64,000 bases of DNA from Eledone cirrhosa (GCA_964016885.1 OZ024746.1:66464001-66528000); one strand, 5' to 3'. Positions 1 to 14,914 are shown, numbered from the stretch's first letter. Made by a program: numbers and translations. The notes: generated by a model not told the origin, from the letters alone.

Positions 1-1240
<1,240 letters not shown>

Positions 1241-1545
1241 GTGAGCTGACAAACAGCAGTAATTTTGCTGTGGGTGAGTGACAGCTCACGCCCTGACGTC
1301 AGCGGGCTGCTACAAGTGACCAACCCAAGGGCGCGCAAACGGATGAAGGTGGACGATAGAGGCTTGTAAGGCCAGAAAACCCCAAAAAGAGAATATGATC
1401 CGAAATCAATAGACGTATCTGAGGAATCTGCGAGTCTAGAGTCAGGTTGATCCATACACAGATCGCACCTCGAGCTGTTCGCCGGGGAAACAATTGTAAC
1501 ACACAATAAATTGAATTCCGATACATCACTGATTTTTCGTTTTCC

Positions 1546-1607
<62 letters not shown>

Positions 1608-1762
1608 TAAAATTAGTCCTTCGTCAGTGATCTTCCAACTTTCATTGGTATTTCATCGCTTTAAAAATCATATACCTCTAGTTGAGGCGAGCAATAACAA
1701 ATAAAGTTATTGGGACAAGTAAAATAGGGTGAAACGAGCGAGAAATGTAAACAAACAACGAT

Positions 1763-1797
<35 letters not shown>

Positions 1798-2023
1798 TTG
1801 CAACGCAAGCGCTTTCAAAATCAACAACCCCACGGTTATTATACTAACTGACTGAATTTATAATAGTATGCTGAACTGAAACCAAATAGGATCGTATTTT
1901 TTATTGGCAGCATGATCTTCCCAAATGTAAACAATATATGTTTCAACACATACGAAATATGGATTTTATATATATATATATTAAAATATAAATATTAATA
2001 AAATAGATGTTCTTTTGATCGAT

Positions 2024-2082
2024 TATATTTTATTATACATATTTCGGATGTACAACAGTACGTCCTCATCAGACAAAATATA
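2024..2082 (-). ncRNA. Minimal type I hammerhead ribozyme
   Basis: TATATTTTGT-CTGATGA-GGACGTAC(tgtt)GTACATCC-GAAA-TATGTA-TA-ATAAAATATA. Stem I is 10 bp, stem III is self-complementary (AUAUGUAU), AUA cleavage triplet. Confidence 0.85.
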
Positions 2083-2138
2083 ATACTACCTTGATTAAAT
2101 CTTAACCATTTAACATTTCAGGGTATGTCAGGTATCAT

Positions 2139-2197
2139 TATAGTTTGTCTGATGAGGACGTACTGTTGTACATCCGAAATATGTATAATAAAATATA
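2139..2197 (+). ncRNA. Minimal type I hammerhead ribozyme (inverted partner of 2024-2082)
   Basis: CTGATGA 2149-2155, GAAA 2176-2179, same helices with one stem I mismatch. Confidence 0.82.
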
Positions 2198-2337
2198 ATT
2201 GATCAAAAGAACATCTATTTTATTAATATTTATATTTTAATATTAATAACTCCGAAAAATTTTTTTTTTATCGTAGAGTGCTTCCAATCCACTGTAAAAC
2301 TCATTCTTTGACATACTCATTGAATATTGTTTAACAC

Positions 2338-2391
<54 letters not shown>

Positions 2392-2427
2392 CTGTGTGTG
2401 TGTGTGTGTGTGCGTATGTGTGTGTGT

Positions 2428-2508
<81 letters not shown>

Positions 2509-3356
2509 GGGGTGAGTACGTATGTATATGTAGAAATATCCGAAGGCGTAATAAAGAAATAAGGAAAATATTGTCCAATGGGAAAGAGTGCTGATATATT
2601 CTTTTATTTATTTATGTCCAAACAAGGAACAGAAGTACTACATAATGTTTCAAAGCCTAATATTTACCATACTTCCAGAATGGAGGAGGGATCAACAGTT
2701 TGAACTAATCTGCAGACGATTTTACAAGTTTATAAGATACCGTTAAACAGGCCACACGAATAGCATATTACGATAGAATATTTAACTGCATATATGTGGC
2801 TGTTGGAAATGTCTATGTATGAACGATAAAAACATTTACCTGCATTAGTCTTTAATATAAAGGAAAATGGGGTTCGAACTAGATACTCTTCTGTTAGTAT
2901 TTATAGTATTTATAGTATGGACAGGCTAGGATCGACTGGATTTGTACTTAATTCTGTCCTTAAAACCACTATCTAGGGCGGGTTGGTTTAAGTGACAGCC
3001 TCATAGAAAATACTCCTGGTTGCTGATAGATTTGGGATCATACAACAAATACGACTAAGTTTTTTAAAGAAAACAGATGGGGGATGAAGTTTTATTAATA
3101 TATTTCAATTATATAGGGTGGCTATTGAAAAACTTGTTCGTTTTCAATCTTTTTTTTTTTTTGTAGAATATAGCGCATCCCTTTTTCTTTTTCACACTTA
3201 ATACTGAAAAAAAATTCATTATTTATATTTCCAAATAAATAAAAAAAAATCCGTGTGTTTGTAAAAGTTATTTTTGTTTTATATTATTCAGTCTTTCAGG
3301 GGGCACTATATACATATATATATACATATGTGTGAGTGTGAGTGTGTGTGTATGTG

Positions 3357-3443
<87 letters not shown>

Positions 3444-5254
3444 ATATATATGTGTGTAATGTTTTCTTTATTTCAACGTAATTCTCATATTTCATTTCAT
3501 GTTTATGCAATGTATAGGGAGTGGCAGCCACATTTTATCTGACGCCCATACCATCGACGTTTTAAGACCGTTTGTTCTTTTCATCATCTACTTAATATTT
3601 GCTATCTATATTGTTTTGTCTTTCTTTTATTGTTCGAAACTATATTCTGTTGATCGAAATTCGTGTGTCTGTTATTTAGAGCCTGTTCCCTGGAATTATG
3701 CCAGAAGACGTAATGACCCTTTGTTACGATTATATTAGGGTTTGTATTTTATTTCAAACTTTTTTTATGTGTATTATACGTACTCCTCTCACCACTCCTC
3801 TTCAATTGTGTATCTACCAATTGTTATGTTGAACATAATCAAATATCGGGGAGTTGGTCTACTTTACAACCAATCGTATAAGACAGTAGATTGGCAAAGT
3901 TTAGTGCCTCACGTTAAAACATTACAACTTTTGGTACGGCTGTATGTATTCAGTGTTCAAATACTGCATTCATAATTTCGCAGTGTTTTCGTTAAGTAAA
4001 CTACCAATATAAACCGATACATTGGCAGTATCGCTAAATCATCTGATATAATACATTATGGTAGCCGTGCCGGTTAGATGAAATCCCGATATCCTAAATA
4101 TTCACTGGGGTACACTGTATAATCTGACCTCCAAAAGGTAAAACGAGAAAAAAAAACTCCTTACGTGTGCAATTTCATAGGACGACTTCTAAACTTCTGC
4201 AGCACTGAAAGATAACAATAAACAAAACTAAAATATATATGTGTATAGAGCTATGTTGGAGTGTACACCTTAATTCTATTTCTTGTTCAGGCCGAGCCAG
4301 CCTAAATGCAAATGAAGCAAATTAGTTGTTGGTGAAAATCTGATACACAGAAACTTTTCTAATTCTTGCCTTTTATATAATTTCTTTCTTTCATTTGAAT
4401 CATAACTTACAATAGGCTTACATGTTAAAATTTCAAGCATCAGCCAATATATCAATGGTGACATTTTGATTAACCCGAGGCAATGACGCTGCATAATTAT
4501 TGGACAGAAGAAAATGCTGCATTATAAATACTATCATAATCTCAATGATAGCTTAATTTTAGAGCCCTTCACGTATTTTAAATATATATATTTTTGCAAG
4601 TTTATTTGAATTATAGGGATGTTGAGGAGTGAACAATAGCTCTTTTAGCATATTGTAAAGAAATAATAGTACTGTCAATTCCTAAATAATATTTCGCTTA
4701 ATAACCAGAATATATAAACTTAGAATTAATGACCCTGATAAAATATGTAAGTAGGTAAATAGTTAGCAGCGTTATCGATTATAACTGGCTTTTCATCAAA
4801 TATATCCTGTTGAAATCTACAATCACGAATGTGAGCGATCTTATCTTTAAGCAACGCTGAAGATACCTGTAGTTATGTCTCACCACCTGCTCGCTTGGTT
4901 TCTCATACCGATAATGTTAACACAATGCCTTGGAGAATAGCAGGCACTTCTCACTGAATATGAGTATTCAGAGCAATCATTAATTCAATTTGCTTGTGGT
5001 TACAAAAGATGTATTTTATTAGGTTTTGTCACTATTAGCAATAAGAGGTCTTGCTTAGAATTGTTTCTTAACTTCTTAAATGCAAGATTTTGTGAACATT
5101 GTCTTGTTTAACAGAGCCATCGCATTGTCTGTAATAGTAAGTTTTCTCAAAGTTTGAATACTGTTAGATAATACATTAAACGAAAATAAACACACACAAA
5201 ACATACACACATATCCACACACACCCACACTCACAAACACGCAGACAGACAAAG

Positions 5255-5314
<60 letters not shown>

Positions 5315-5320
<6 letters not shown>

Positions 5321-5499
5321 AAGAGGGTGTGGCAAGATACCGGGTGGACCGTAACGTACCAGAGTACTCAATACTTAGTGTAGTAGAATGGGTAATAGGA
5401 AAGAGTCAGGACCCCGACGGCTGAGCTCCGGACGTTTCAACAGCTAGATCAAGCTGTCGAAACCACCGGAGCTCAGCCGTTGGAGTCCTGACTCTTTTG
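5315..5499 (-). mobile_element. Fold-back PLE-like 3' fragment (family also at 14488-14668 and 45198-45330)
   Basis: Hairpin AAGAGTCAGGACCCCGACGGCTGAGCTCCGG / CCGGAGCTCAGCCGTTGGAGTCCTGACTCTT centred on an HHR-like stemII-GAAAcgTC half. Tail contains ATTGAGTAC. Flanked by (TA)n on both sides. Confidence 0.65.
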
Positions 5500-5606
<107 letters not shown>

Positions 5607-8600
5607 AGTGTGTGTGTCTGTGTGTGTGAGTTTGTGCGCGTGTGTGAGCGTAAGTAATTTAAGAGTGAAAATCAACATACGTTTTTGCAAACATAATCTA
5701 TTTAGAATTTATGATAAAGTAGATTGTCTTAAAGATCTGCTCAGATAATAACCATGTAGTAATTATGTTTTAATATGGCATTTCTTACATTAGTACGGTA
5801 ATTCATATTAATGTTACCTATTGAGCAACAATTTACAACCGAAATAGAGCACAATCAAATTATAACGATAGGTATACTAAAACACACAATCAATCAATTT
5901 TGGTGAATGCTCTTCGCATATCGCTCCTCTAGAGCAATATTCTTCATCCATGTCCTCTCATTGGCTTTTCCATCTAGCGTCACATGTACAGTGTTTGTTT
6001 CAGTGAAGATCGTACCGTCAGGAACACTACACAATTTGACTAGAACACATTGCACAGAATGATCTTACTATGGAATATTCACCATGCACGTGATAGATTC
6101 ATGTTGTCTACAGAAATGTTAACCGAGTCGAACTCTTTGCTCTTAAACCACCTGTGATCTGGGATAAACATTGCAAAAAAAACAGAAAAAGTTATAACAA
6201 ATATAAACGCAAAAACCTTATGAGCGTTCTAAAAATGTTGCACTTCTCAGTGAAATATATACATTGGAAGGGCATTGTATCCTACCCTTAAGTAGCAAGT
6301 GAGGAGAAGAAACAAGAGCTAAGGTAATAGTAAGACAATATTGAAAGTTTTACGAAGATAGGTAGTACAGATTATCCTTGTATATTAATTATATAAATCA
6401 TAATGTTTGAAAAGAAAAAAGAAATTGGTTATTTGTTGGATCTTGCGTTGATTTTACTGAGCTGCATACCTCTAATCCATTATGCATAACTATGTAAGCG
6501 TGTAAATATTTCATACACATGTGTACCCTGAAAGTAAATCCCAAGTCGAATCAGTGTGATACAATATGTGACAATGCTGGATCTCTGCATTGCAGGTCGA
6601 TATTAACTGGTGGATAAAATTCTGAACTATCTTGGGAGGCTGATATTTATTAATTAACCCATTTTATGTATGATATATCTGTCATGGTATGCATATCTGT
6701 GAAGAAGGCATTCGCTCATTCAAAGTTTGACTTTATTCACCCATCGTTTATGCTTTAGACATATTATTTTCAGAAATTATTTTTATTGATATAAAAGAAA
6801 ACCTAGATAGTCAATCGAATATTAATACCGTTTTCCAAACAAAGTTAACATTTTGTTGATGAAATTCACGTCAGTTTTTCGTATTTTCTCCGCTAGCAAG
6901 ATCATTAAAACTGCATACATGAGTCTAGCAGTTTTTCTCCAATCGTCTAAACATCTAAACCAATATCATATAAGGCTTTCTCCGTTTGTAAATTTTAGGA
7001 ATCAATATATTCATCATGTTTTCTGAGTAAAATTTATTGTCAAATCTATATTTCGAAAATTCTCCAGAGTGGAAAATTATAACAAGTATACAATTACACT
7101 TTCATCTCATCCTACATGTATACCTAATTTCCTGCACGAGCTAACTCAACTGCTATTTGTCTTTTGTTATGTATAATGTGTTGATGATAATACTTACAAC
7201 CAGCTATCTTATTATATTTACTGATATTAACGTTATATGTCAATTTGGTAAGGTCGAAGATAAGTGAAATCTAGGCAATAGCGCATATTTTTTTTTAATG
7301 TGGCTACTGGATATATGAATTCCAAATATATATAAATGATGTAGCTTTCATTAATTTGGGTTAGCAATCTGTGAAAGGAGTAAATTATCTTTTTGAAGAT
7401 CTATGTTTCGAATCAATAATACATTTTGCTTAATCCATATTTTCCCTGAATAAACTGGAAATAAAATTAATTTTGAATCTCAAAAACTCAACGCAATACA
7501 ATGAGTGGTATAAATCCTAATATGCGTATTCAATATTCAATTAAATTTTGACAACACATATATTCAATGTTACAACTGACTGAGCCCTAATACGGAAAGA
7601 ATTAAAACAGATATTTGTGTTTGTATTAAATTTCGTGTAATGAACCTTGTCCAAGGGCCGTAGTCTGGCTATTTATAAATCATTTGGTTCATTTTAGCAT
7701 TCATCAAGTGTTATACTATATTTTCTAAAATATATTGATGGTCATTGTATCAAATATATGTCCTTTCAAACCATGACTTCATGTCTTGTCATCTGAAATC
7801 AATATGTATTAAATCTATGATCTATGTTCAGAAGTCTCATTTAAAAGCGTTTTTTAATAAAATATTAAGAGATGTTTTTTTTTTTTAATTCTAAAATAAT
7901 AACCTGATTCGTAAGAATATTTGACACACATAGTTTGCATATGCAGCGAAATCAACATAATAGAGATCACAAGCAAACAAAGTTTAATTCGTAGCTTTAT
8001 TGATATATTTTATGCAAAATATCTTTTGATAATATAAAATTATGACTTTACACATCAGATTAATTGGAAATATTCTTTTGAAGGAAAATAACTTAATTTA
8101 TATTACCTTTCCATGATATTAAATCTGAAAGATAAAGGTATGAACTTATTTGCTTTTACCTCATATCTTTCAAAAACATTCTGTTCAACATCAAGTGGTA
8201 GAAATATAGCGACTTCATATTAAATGTAACTATGCCACATAAGCTAACAAATGTAGACACAGATCACACTCACAACCATACACCCTCATTCATCCATAAA
8301 CTTAAAATAATCATGCTTCTGTAATTATATGTATGTTTTTGAGTAATTAGTGATCTATTTTTTGAAATGATTGCAGTGAGAGCCGTGTGGTTACGATCAG
8401 AGTTTTGGTGATCATGATACCCCTTTTCTATCCTATTGATCGATAAATTGAATGTAAATTCGACCATAGAATGTAGGAGGTTTATCCGGGATTGAATTTA
8501 TTGGGCTCTGTTTCTGTTTTAATGTGTTTTGGTGTAAAGTTAAAGAGAGCAAACCAGTTGAGGTGAAATAATTGCGCCGTAATGTTATGAGATGCGAGTT

Positions 8601-9754
8601 TGATTATTGTTTGTACGTTATAATTTTAGAGCTCCTGGAGGCCTTTTCCATTGAGATTGATGACGTTTTGCATTCTCTGTCTATATGGGAACGTCTACTC
8701 TAATACTGAGACTGCGACGGCTACAGCATATCGTACACCGCCGCGCAGGCGCCCGAAGAATTAAGCCTGTTTTTGGTTATACAACGCCTTCAGTATCTAT
8801 TCATATGTGATCAATCAACAGATGTAGTTGTACATAATGATAACCAGTGTATGATAAATCACTAACCATTTATGTTTATATAAATCACAATGAGCTGGTT
8901 ATCCTAAGTTGATCATACATTGACTGATACACAAATACACACTCACACACATACACGCACTCGCACCCCCCCCCCCCACACACACACATACACAAACACA
9001 CACATACGCACACACTCATATATGTGTGCGTGCGTGAGTATACGTGAGTGCACATAAAACCATTTCATGACTAAATATTCCTCGAATAATTATAATGATT
9101 AAAATAAAGTAACTGAGTATTTCGTAGCTTCATACCACGGCAACAAGACAAAATAAAATACATATGTTTACATTAATCTATTTTTCTAATGCATTTATAT
9201 TTTGATGTAATTTCTTTTTGCTGAACGTTCCGTTATAACCATGGTATTTATTAAGTGTCTATTAATCTTTTTGTCTATTCTTATTTCATTCTTTGTTTTA
9301 TTTTTCCTTTTTTTTCCATCGCCTTCCTCAGTATTTTCTTCCACTTTATTCTTCGTATTTTAAACGCTACCTTCCACTATTTCTCTCTATTTCAATATAT
9401 AGCTCAACAAAAGAAGTTGTTACACAAGTGTATATTTGAAAAACACTTTCTGGAATAAATATGTAGCGACTCGACTCCCTCTTACACGATCACCCGTACT
9501 TTCTGATTTCTGTTTCAAGTCAATTTTATAGCAACGTCATATAAAACTAGCACAAACACAGCACACCGTTCAGTTTTCTGTTGCTATTTGAAAGGAATGT
9601 GGAGAAAGCACAAGACGTGCCTATAAAACTGACATAAAACAGAGACAAAGAGTGTGTGTCTATAACATTAAATGTAATTACACTCACGTTATTTGTATGT
9701 TACATATATATATATATAAACACACACAGACAGACCGACAGAGAGACACACACG

Positions 9755-9884
<130 letters not shown>

Positions 9885-10089
9885 ACGAACAAGGCGATAT
9901 ATATATATATATATATATATACATCGCCTTTTTTATTAAATACATTTTCAATTATTCCTTCATAATTTACGACCGTAAAAGATTCTTAAAGGCCCCTAGG
10001 TAAACTGAGTTCTTGTGCACCACGTAATATAACGGGATCAAGCAAAAGTACAATGCAATCTGTTCCAGACGTTATGATTCGATTCTTTT

Positions 10090-10680
10090 GTATGTTCCAT
10101 TGATATGAATGTGAAACTTGTTTTTAATAACAACAACGTGTGTAAAACATATACACCATGTCCGAACACAAAGGAACCAAACTCCCACTGTCACTGCCTC
10201 CGTCTTTCGTATTTCCTCCATCTCTCTCTGATAGGGGCTCACGCTCATCTAAGCAGAGAGGGGGGGGGGTACTCACGCTCTGGTCACCCTGCTACACAAT
10301 CCGGCAAAAAGAGGTGTTTCCCGGACGATGGCGAGAGAGACGTGCTACAAGAGCCTTTCCGGCGCCTGAGGCTCACAAATGCGGCTAGCCAACACTGTCA
10401 ATGGTGATGAGTAGGGAGTTGGCCATGAGGCTAAGGACACCAGATTTATCCACTGCAATTGGCTCCAACGCAAGGCTTTCGCAGAGCGAATGATATTTGG
10501 AGAGATTACCTCCCTCGGTCGGAAATGCAGCAGACCACCCAATGTTGCCGCTGGAGAATTTGTTGCTAGATGTGGCATCCCAGATGAAGGGTTTAACATC
10601 GCGAAACTGTAAGATGGTCAGGCCGATGGGGAAGCCTGCACCATCCAAGCCATGCTTAGCGTGGAAGAGGGCTTACACTG
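10090..10680 (-). mobile_element. CRE-clade non-LTR retrotransposon 3' fragment (restriction-like endonuclease domain), decayed
   Basis: ORF 10385-10648 reads GLTILQFRDVKPFIWDATSSNKF...SKYHSLCESLALEPIAVDKSGVLS, matching the CRE REL pattern PDGxT..F..GK.L.WDAT..DTF...KY..L....F.P.AVET.G. GC-rich relative to its flanks. Confidence 0.72.
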
Positions 10681-10990
10681 TAGTGACATATTTACATATT
10701 TATATTTAAATAAATGAAATAGAATGAAACGAAATTTCATTTCTCACTCTTAGTGCGGCACTTACTTAAATGTAAGTATGTATGTATACGTACATTCATA
10801 TATGTATACAGACGTACAGTAGCATGTATATATATACATACAGGCACACACATATATATGCACGTATCAGTTTACCGAACATTTATTATAATGCTCGGTT
10901 TGTTCGTTTGTAAACAAACAAACAGCCTGAATTACGCCGTACAGTGTTTAGGCAACCACGTTACCTTTTTGTTCAACACTGACACAGGAA

Positions 10991-11031
10991 CGATGTACTA
11001 GTTTCAAGCTTATTAGCTATCGTCAGCACCG
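10991..11031 (-). ncRNA. Minimal type I hammerhead ribozyme, tandem copy 1
   Basis: CGGTG-CTGACGA-TAGC(taataa)GCTT-GAAA-CTAG-TA-CATCG. Palindromic stem III ACTAGT, GUA triplet. Confidence 0.8.
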
Positions 11032-11432
11032 TATACCTTTCTGCCAGATGGTTGAATGTCCGAAAGTATATACTTTCCTTATGAAAATGAACGGCTGAGC
11101 AGCCTAATTTGCATATCGAGTGAGTTCAGTCGGCCAGGCGCACCGAAAACGATAAATGGAATAGAATGAAACGAAATTTCATTTCTCACTCTTAGTACGG
11201 CACTTACTTAAATGTAAGTATGTATGTATACGTACATACATATATGTATACAGACGTACAGTAGCATGTATATATATACATACAGGCACACACATATATA
11301 TGCACGTATCAGTTTACTGAACATTTATTATAATGCTCGGTTTGTTCGTTTGTAAACAAACAAACAGCCTGAATTACGCCGTACAGTGTTTAGGCAACCA
11401 CGTCACCTTTTTGTTCAACACTTTCACAGGAA

Positions 11433-11473
11433 CAATGTACTAGTTTCAAGCTTATTAGCTATCGTCAGCACCG
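11433..11473 (-). ncRNA. Minimal type I hammerhead ribozyme, tandem copy 2
   Basis: Same as 10991-11031. Stem I 3' strand is CATTG, which retains pairing through G-U. Confidence 0.8.
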
Positions 11474-11748
11474 TATAACTTTCTGCCAGATGGTTGAACG
11501 TCCTAAACACTGTACGGCGTAATTCAGTCTGTTTGTTTGTTTACAAACGAACAAACCGAGCATTATAATAAATGTTCGGTAAACTGATACGTGCATATAT
11601 ATGTGTGTGCCTGTATGTATATATATACATGCTACTGTACGTCTGTATACATATATGTATGTACGTATACATACACACTTATATTTAAATATCTATCTAT
11701 CTAAAGAGAGAGAGAAAAAAATAGATAGATAGATACACACACACACAG

Positions 11749-11780
<32 letters not shown>

Positions 11781-11793
11781 GTACATCTATACG

Positions 11794-11851
<58 letters not shown>

Positions 11852-11855
<4 letters not shown>

Positions 11856-12301
11856 AAAGTTCTATTTAAATTGTTGGGATACAACAAGCAAATATTTTCA
11901 TAACTGATATAAAGCACTCAACAAATATTTGGAGTAAAAATACGATATTAACAAATGGAAACTATATTTATAAAACCATATTTATTTCATTATACATATT
12001 TCAAGGACACCAAATTAAATGATGGTGTCGTTTCATCAGATACAATACAATATAGGTCAGTTTTATAAATAAAAAGTGACATACCCTTAAAAAAGACAAC
12101 CATTACTTTTGGAAGCTATCCGGGAGCTTCCAACAGTAATGGTTGCATTTTTTAAGGGTATGTCAATATTTATTTATAAAACTGATCTATATTGTATTTT
12201 ATCTGATGAAAGCACACCATAATTTAACTTGGTGTCTTTGTAATATGTATAATGAAATAAATATGGTTTTATAAATATAGTTTCCATTTGTAAATATCGT
12301 A
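11852..12301. mobile_element. Fold-back PLE-like mini-element (tail 11852-11940, arms 11941-12117 / 12125-12301)
   Basis: About 175-bp inverted arms between (TA)n tracts. The minus arm has an intact HHR. The plus-arm HHR at 12195-12259 has GAAA mutated to GTAA. Confidence 0.8.
11983..12047 (-). ncRNA. Type I hammerhead ribozyme
   Basis: TATTGTAT-CTGATGA-aacGACACCA...TGGTGTCctt-GAAA-TATGTA-TA-ATGAAATA. Confidence 0.75.
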
Positions 12302-12464
12302 TATATATATATATTATATATGACAAAATGGGGAGAAGAATACTGCAGGTTGCACATGGATACCATGTAATAAAATAAGTCCCTCATCAGTGATTTGCCG
12401 ACGATCATAGATATTTCATTGCATTATATATATATATATATATATATATATTTACTTATTTATT

Positions 12465-12566
12465 TATTAAAATAACAGATTAAAGTTTCACCAAAGAATC
12501 GCTGCTTTCCCCGTTAAGGGTGAAAGCAGCGATTCTTTGCATAAACTTTAATCTGTTATTTTAATA
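12465..12566. repeat. Hairpin fragment of a PLE-like family (single-arm copy at 21373-21435)
   Basis: About 45-bp arms around CCCGTTAAGGGT followed by GAAAGC. Adjacent to (TA)n. Confidence 0.6.
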
Positions 12567-12678
12567 CATATTTTAGTTTTCACATTTATTATTAATATTA
12601 TTATTACTATATATATAAAGAGAGAGGGAGAGAGATAGAGTGTGTGTGTGTGTGTGTTTGTGTGTGAGTGATAGATTT

Positions 12679-12867
12679 ATAACTGTTTCTACTTTTGGCA
12701 TAAGGCCAGCAATTATGACAGTATATTACTGGTACTTTATTTTATCGACCCCGTAATGATGAAAGGCAAATTTTACCTCGGCGGGATTTGAACTCAAACC
12801 ATAAAGGGCCGTAACTCTTTGCTGCAAAGCATGGCGTCAGAACCTTTACCGATACTGCCAATTCACA
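12679..12867 (-). mobile_element. tRNA-derived SINE
   Basis: A-box-like TGGCAGTATCGG, B box GAGTTCAAATCC, central CCTTTCATC.TTACGGGGTCGATAAAATAAAGTACCAGT, 3' GCTGGCCTT.TGCCAAAAGTAGAAAC. Multiple copies in the window. Confidence 0.88.
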
Positions 12868-13425
12868 ATTATATGTCCAAAGAGATATTTTTAAGCTCTC
12901 TTCCCCGACAGCACCATCGTTATCTAAAGAACACACTACGCATATTAGAAAAGAAACACAAGGGAGTACATAGGATTTATATTCTTCTATTGACGAGGCG
13001 ATGTAGCGTCTGCAATATCGAAAACCAACAGAAATCCTCCGCAGGCCATTATTTTACATAGAACAGCCGAAACCTAGAATCTCTATGCGGTGTATAATTT
13101 AAATTCATTCTCTAGCCGATAATTATACCTCGCTGCATGATACCATGCGTACGAAGCCTAAATATATTATATATGTTAATCAAAGTAAGTATTTGGATAT
13201 ATACTTCCGTTGTGCATTCTAACATGTAAACAAACAAACATAGAGAAACACGCACACACACACACACGCACACACCACGCGCAAACACACACAGACATAA
13301 ACTGAAAGAGACACACATTCACATATATATATATACATCCCACTCCCAAGCGTGAAACTAATATTAACTTTTGTACTGCTTCTTCGCTTCCAGGTTACTT
13401 TTTTTTTTTTGTTTACTGTCTCAAC

Positions 13426-13533
<108 letters not shown>

Positions 13534-13614
13534 TTAATTAAACAAATTTACAAGTTAAAATCTTGATTGAAGTAAGTAAAAAAATATGTGCATATAATAA
13601 CTAATAAATATGGA

Positions 13615-14050
13615 GATGCAAATCAGTTCAAGTACCCAACGTACTTTTTCCACATAGGAATGACGGAGTATATATCGAATAATAAAAAGCGAAATAGTTT
13701 CAGATGTTAAAGTCCTTTAATGATAGTGCTGTGATACATATTTCAATGACGACAGTGGCCACACGCTTCGGTGTACCCAGTGACGTGACAAGGGGTTTAT
13801 CGTTGCTTTTAGTTCCGCGTATTTATCCTGTCGAAACTTAGTTTATAATTTTATGTCCGTCAGGTAGCAGGGATTTCCAATGTGTGTAATCAATCCCCAT
13901 GGTAGAGGGAATTTTCGGGTGTAGCTGATGGCTGGTTCCTCTCTTTAAAGGACTTTAACATCTGAAACTACTTCGCTTTTTCTTATTCGATATATACTCC
14001 ATCACTCCTATGTGGAAAAAGTTCGTTGAGTGCTTCAATTGAATTGCATC
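13615..14050. mobile_element. Inverted-arm PLE-like remnant (13615-13720 / 13945-14050)
   Basis: About 105-bp diverged inverted arms containing ACTCC...TTGAGTGCTT. An HHR 3' half (GAAATATGTATC) lies on the minus strand at about 13733-13744. Confidence 0.6.
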
Positions 14051-14203
14051 AATATTCGCCTTAAGAAGTTAGCTCCAAAGCGTTGAACGCTTTATGGTGT
14101 CACACCTCTATTTTTTTTAATATATATATATACATATATATATGTATATATATATATATTAATTCAAAATATTTACAAAAATAGACATTCGTGTGATCAA
14201 TTA

Positions 14204-14270
14204 TATTTTGTTATACATATTTCAGAGATACTGAGCTATCTTCAACAGTACGTCCTCATCAGATAAAATA
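14204..14270 (-). ncRNA. Type I hammerhead ribozyme (same family as 2024-2082)
   Basis: TATTTTAT-CTGATGA-GGACGTACTG...CAGTATCTCT-GAAA-TATGTA-TA-ACAAAATA. Part of an inverted unit at 14160-14418 whose tail matches 2250-2342. Confidence 0.78.
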
Positions 14271-14416
14271 AGATGATGCATGACATACCCTGACTAAGTA
14301 GATGGTTAAAATTCAGTCATGGCAGTAAGTCCGGAAAACTATAACTGTGGAGTTCTTCTAATCTATTGTAAAACTTTATTCTTTGATTTATTCTTTGAAC
14401 CTTGTTTAACCTTTAA

Positions 14417-14487
<71 letters not shown>

Positions 14488-14489
<2 letters not shown>

Positions 14490-14664
14490 AACCAGTAAGA
14501 CCCCGACGGCTGAGCTCAAGCCGTTTCGACGGAGAATTAGCCGTCGAAACGGCTTGAGCTCAGCCGTCGGGGTCTTACTGGTTTCTATTACCCACTCTAC
14601 TACCCTAAGTATTGAGTACTTTGGTGCGTTATGGTCCACCTGGTTCCTTACCACATTTCCTTCG

Positions 14665-14668
<4 letters not shown>
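14488..14668 (+). mobile_element. Fold-back PLE-like 3' fragment
   Basis: Near-perfect 45-bp hairpin (14488-14532 / 14541-14587) centred on GACGG-agaattag-CCGTC-GAAA. Tail has ACTC...TTGAGTACTT. (TA)n on both sides. Confidence 0.7.
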
Positions 14669-14730
<62 letters not shown>

Positions 14731-14914
14731 GTGTGTATGTATTGAGAGAGAGGCTTCTGGTTCTGAGATTGAAGGGCCCACTAATCATGGGTGTACTCAG
14801 CGCATGGACAGAAGCAATGTGTGCATAGAGGCAGGTATAATCCATATCACAAGCCGTACTCTTGTAAGGCCGCGGTCGCAATTATAATTATATAACACCC
14901 GTCTCTCTCTCCCT

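Larger units (their letters stand above)
1978..2342. mobile_element. Fold-back PLE-like mini-element (arms 1978-2090 / 2131-2243 plus 3' tail) in (TA)n
   Basis: About 110-bp inverted arms, each with an HHR. The right arm continues into a tail with ACTCC...GAGTGCTT and ends in (TA)n. Confidence 0.8.
10711..11690. repeat. 442-bp tandem duplication (10711-11060 / 11153-11503) plus inverted partial copy (11502-11690), HHR-bearing
   Basis: Near-identical units offset by exactly 442 bp. The third segment is the reverse complement of about 11205-11393. Confidence 0.9.

Noticed and set aside
1460-1510. HHR 3' half GAAA-CAATTG-TA-ACAC
   Set aside because: No intact CUGANGA core or matching stem I. 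At best a decayed copy.
1605-1650. Minus-strand CTGACGA/CTGATGA cores here and at about 12383-12389
   Set aside because: Truncated within stem II with no GAAA or stem III. Not counted as ribozymes.
4276-4494. ORF ending KRQELEKFLCIRFSPTTN, resembling a GIY-YIG C-terminus
   Set aside because: Only a few motif residues and no GIY/YIG found. Insufficient without a search.
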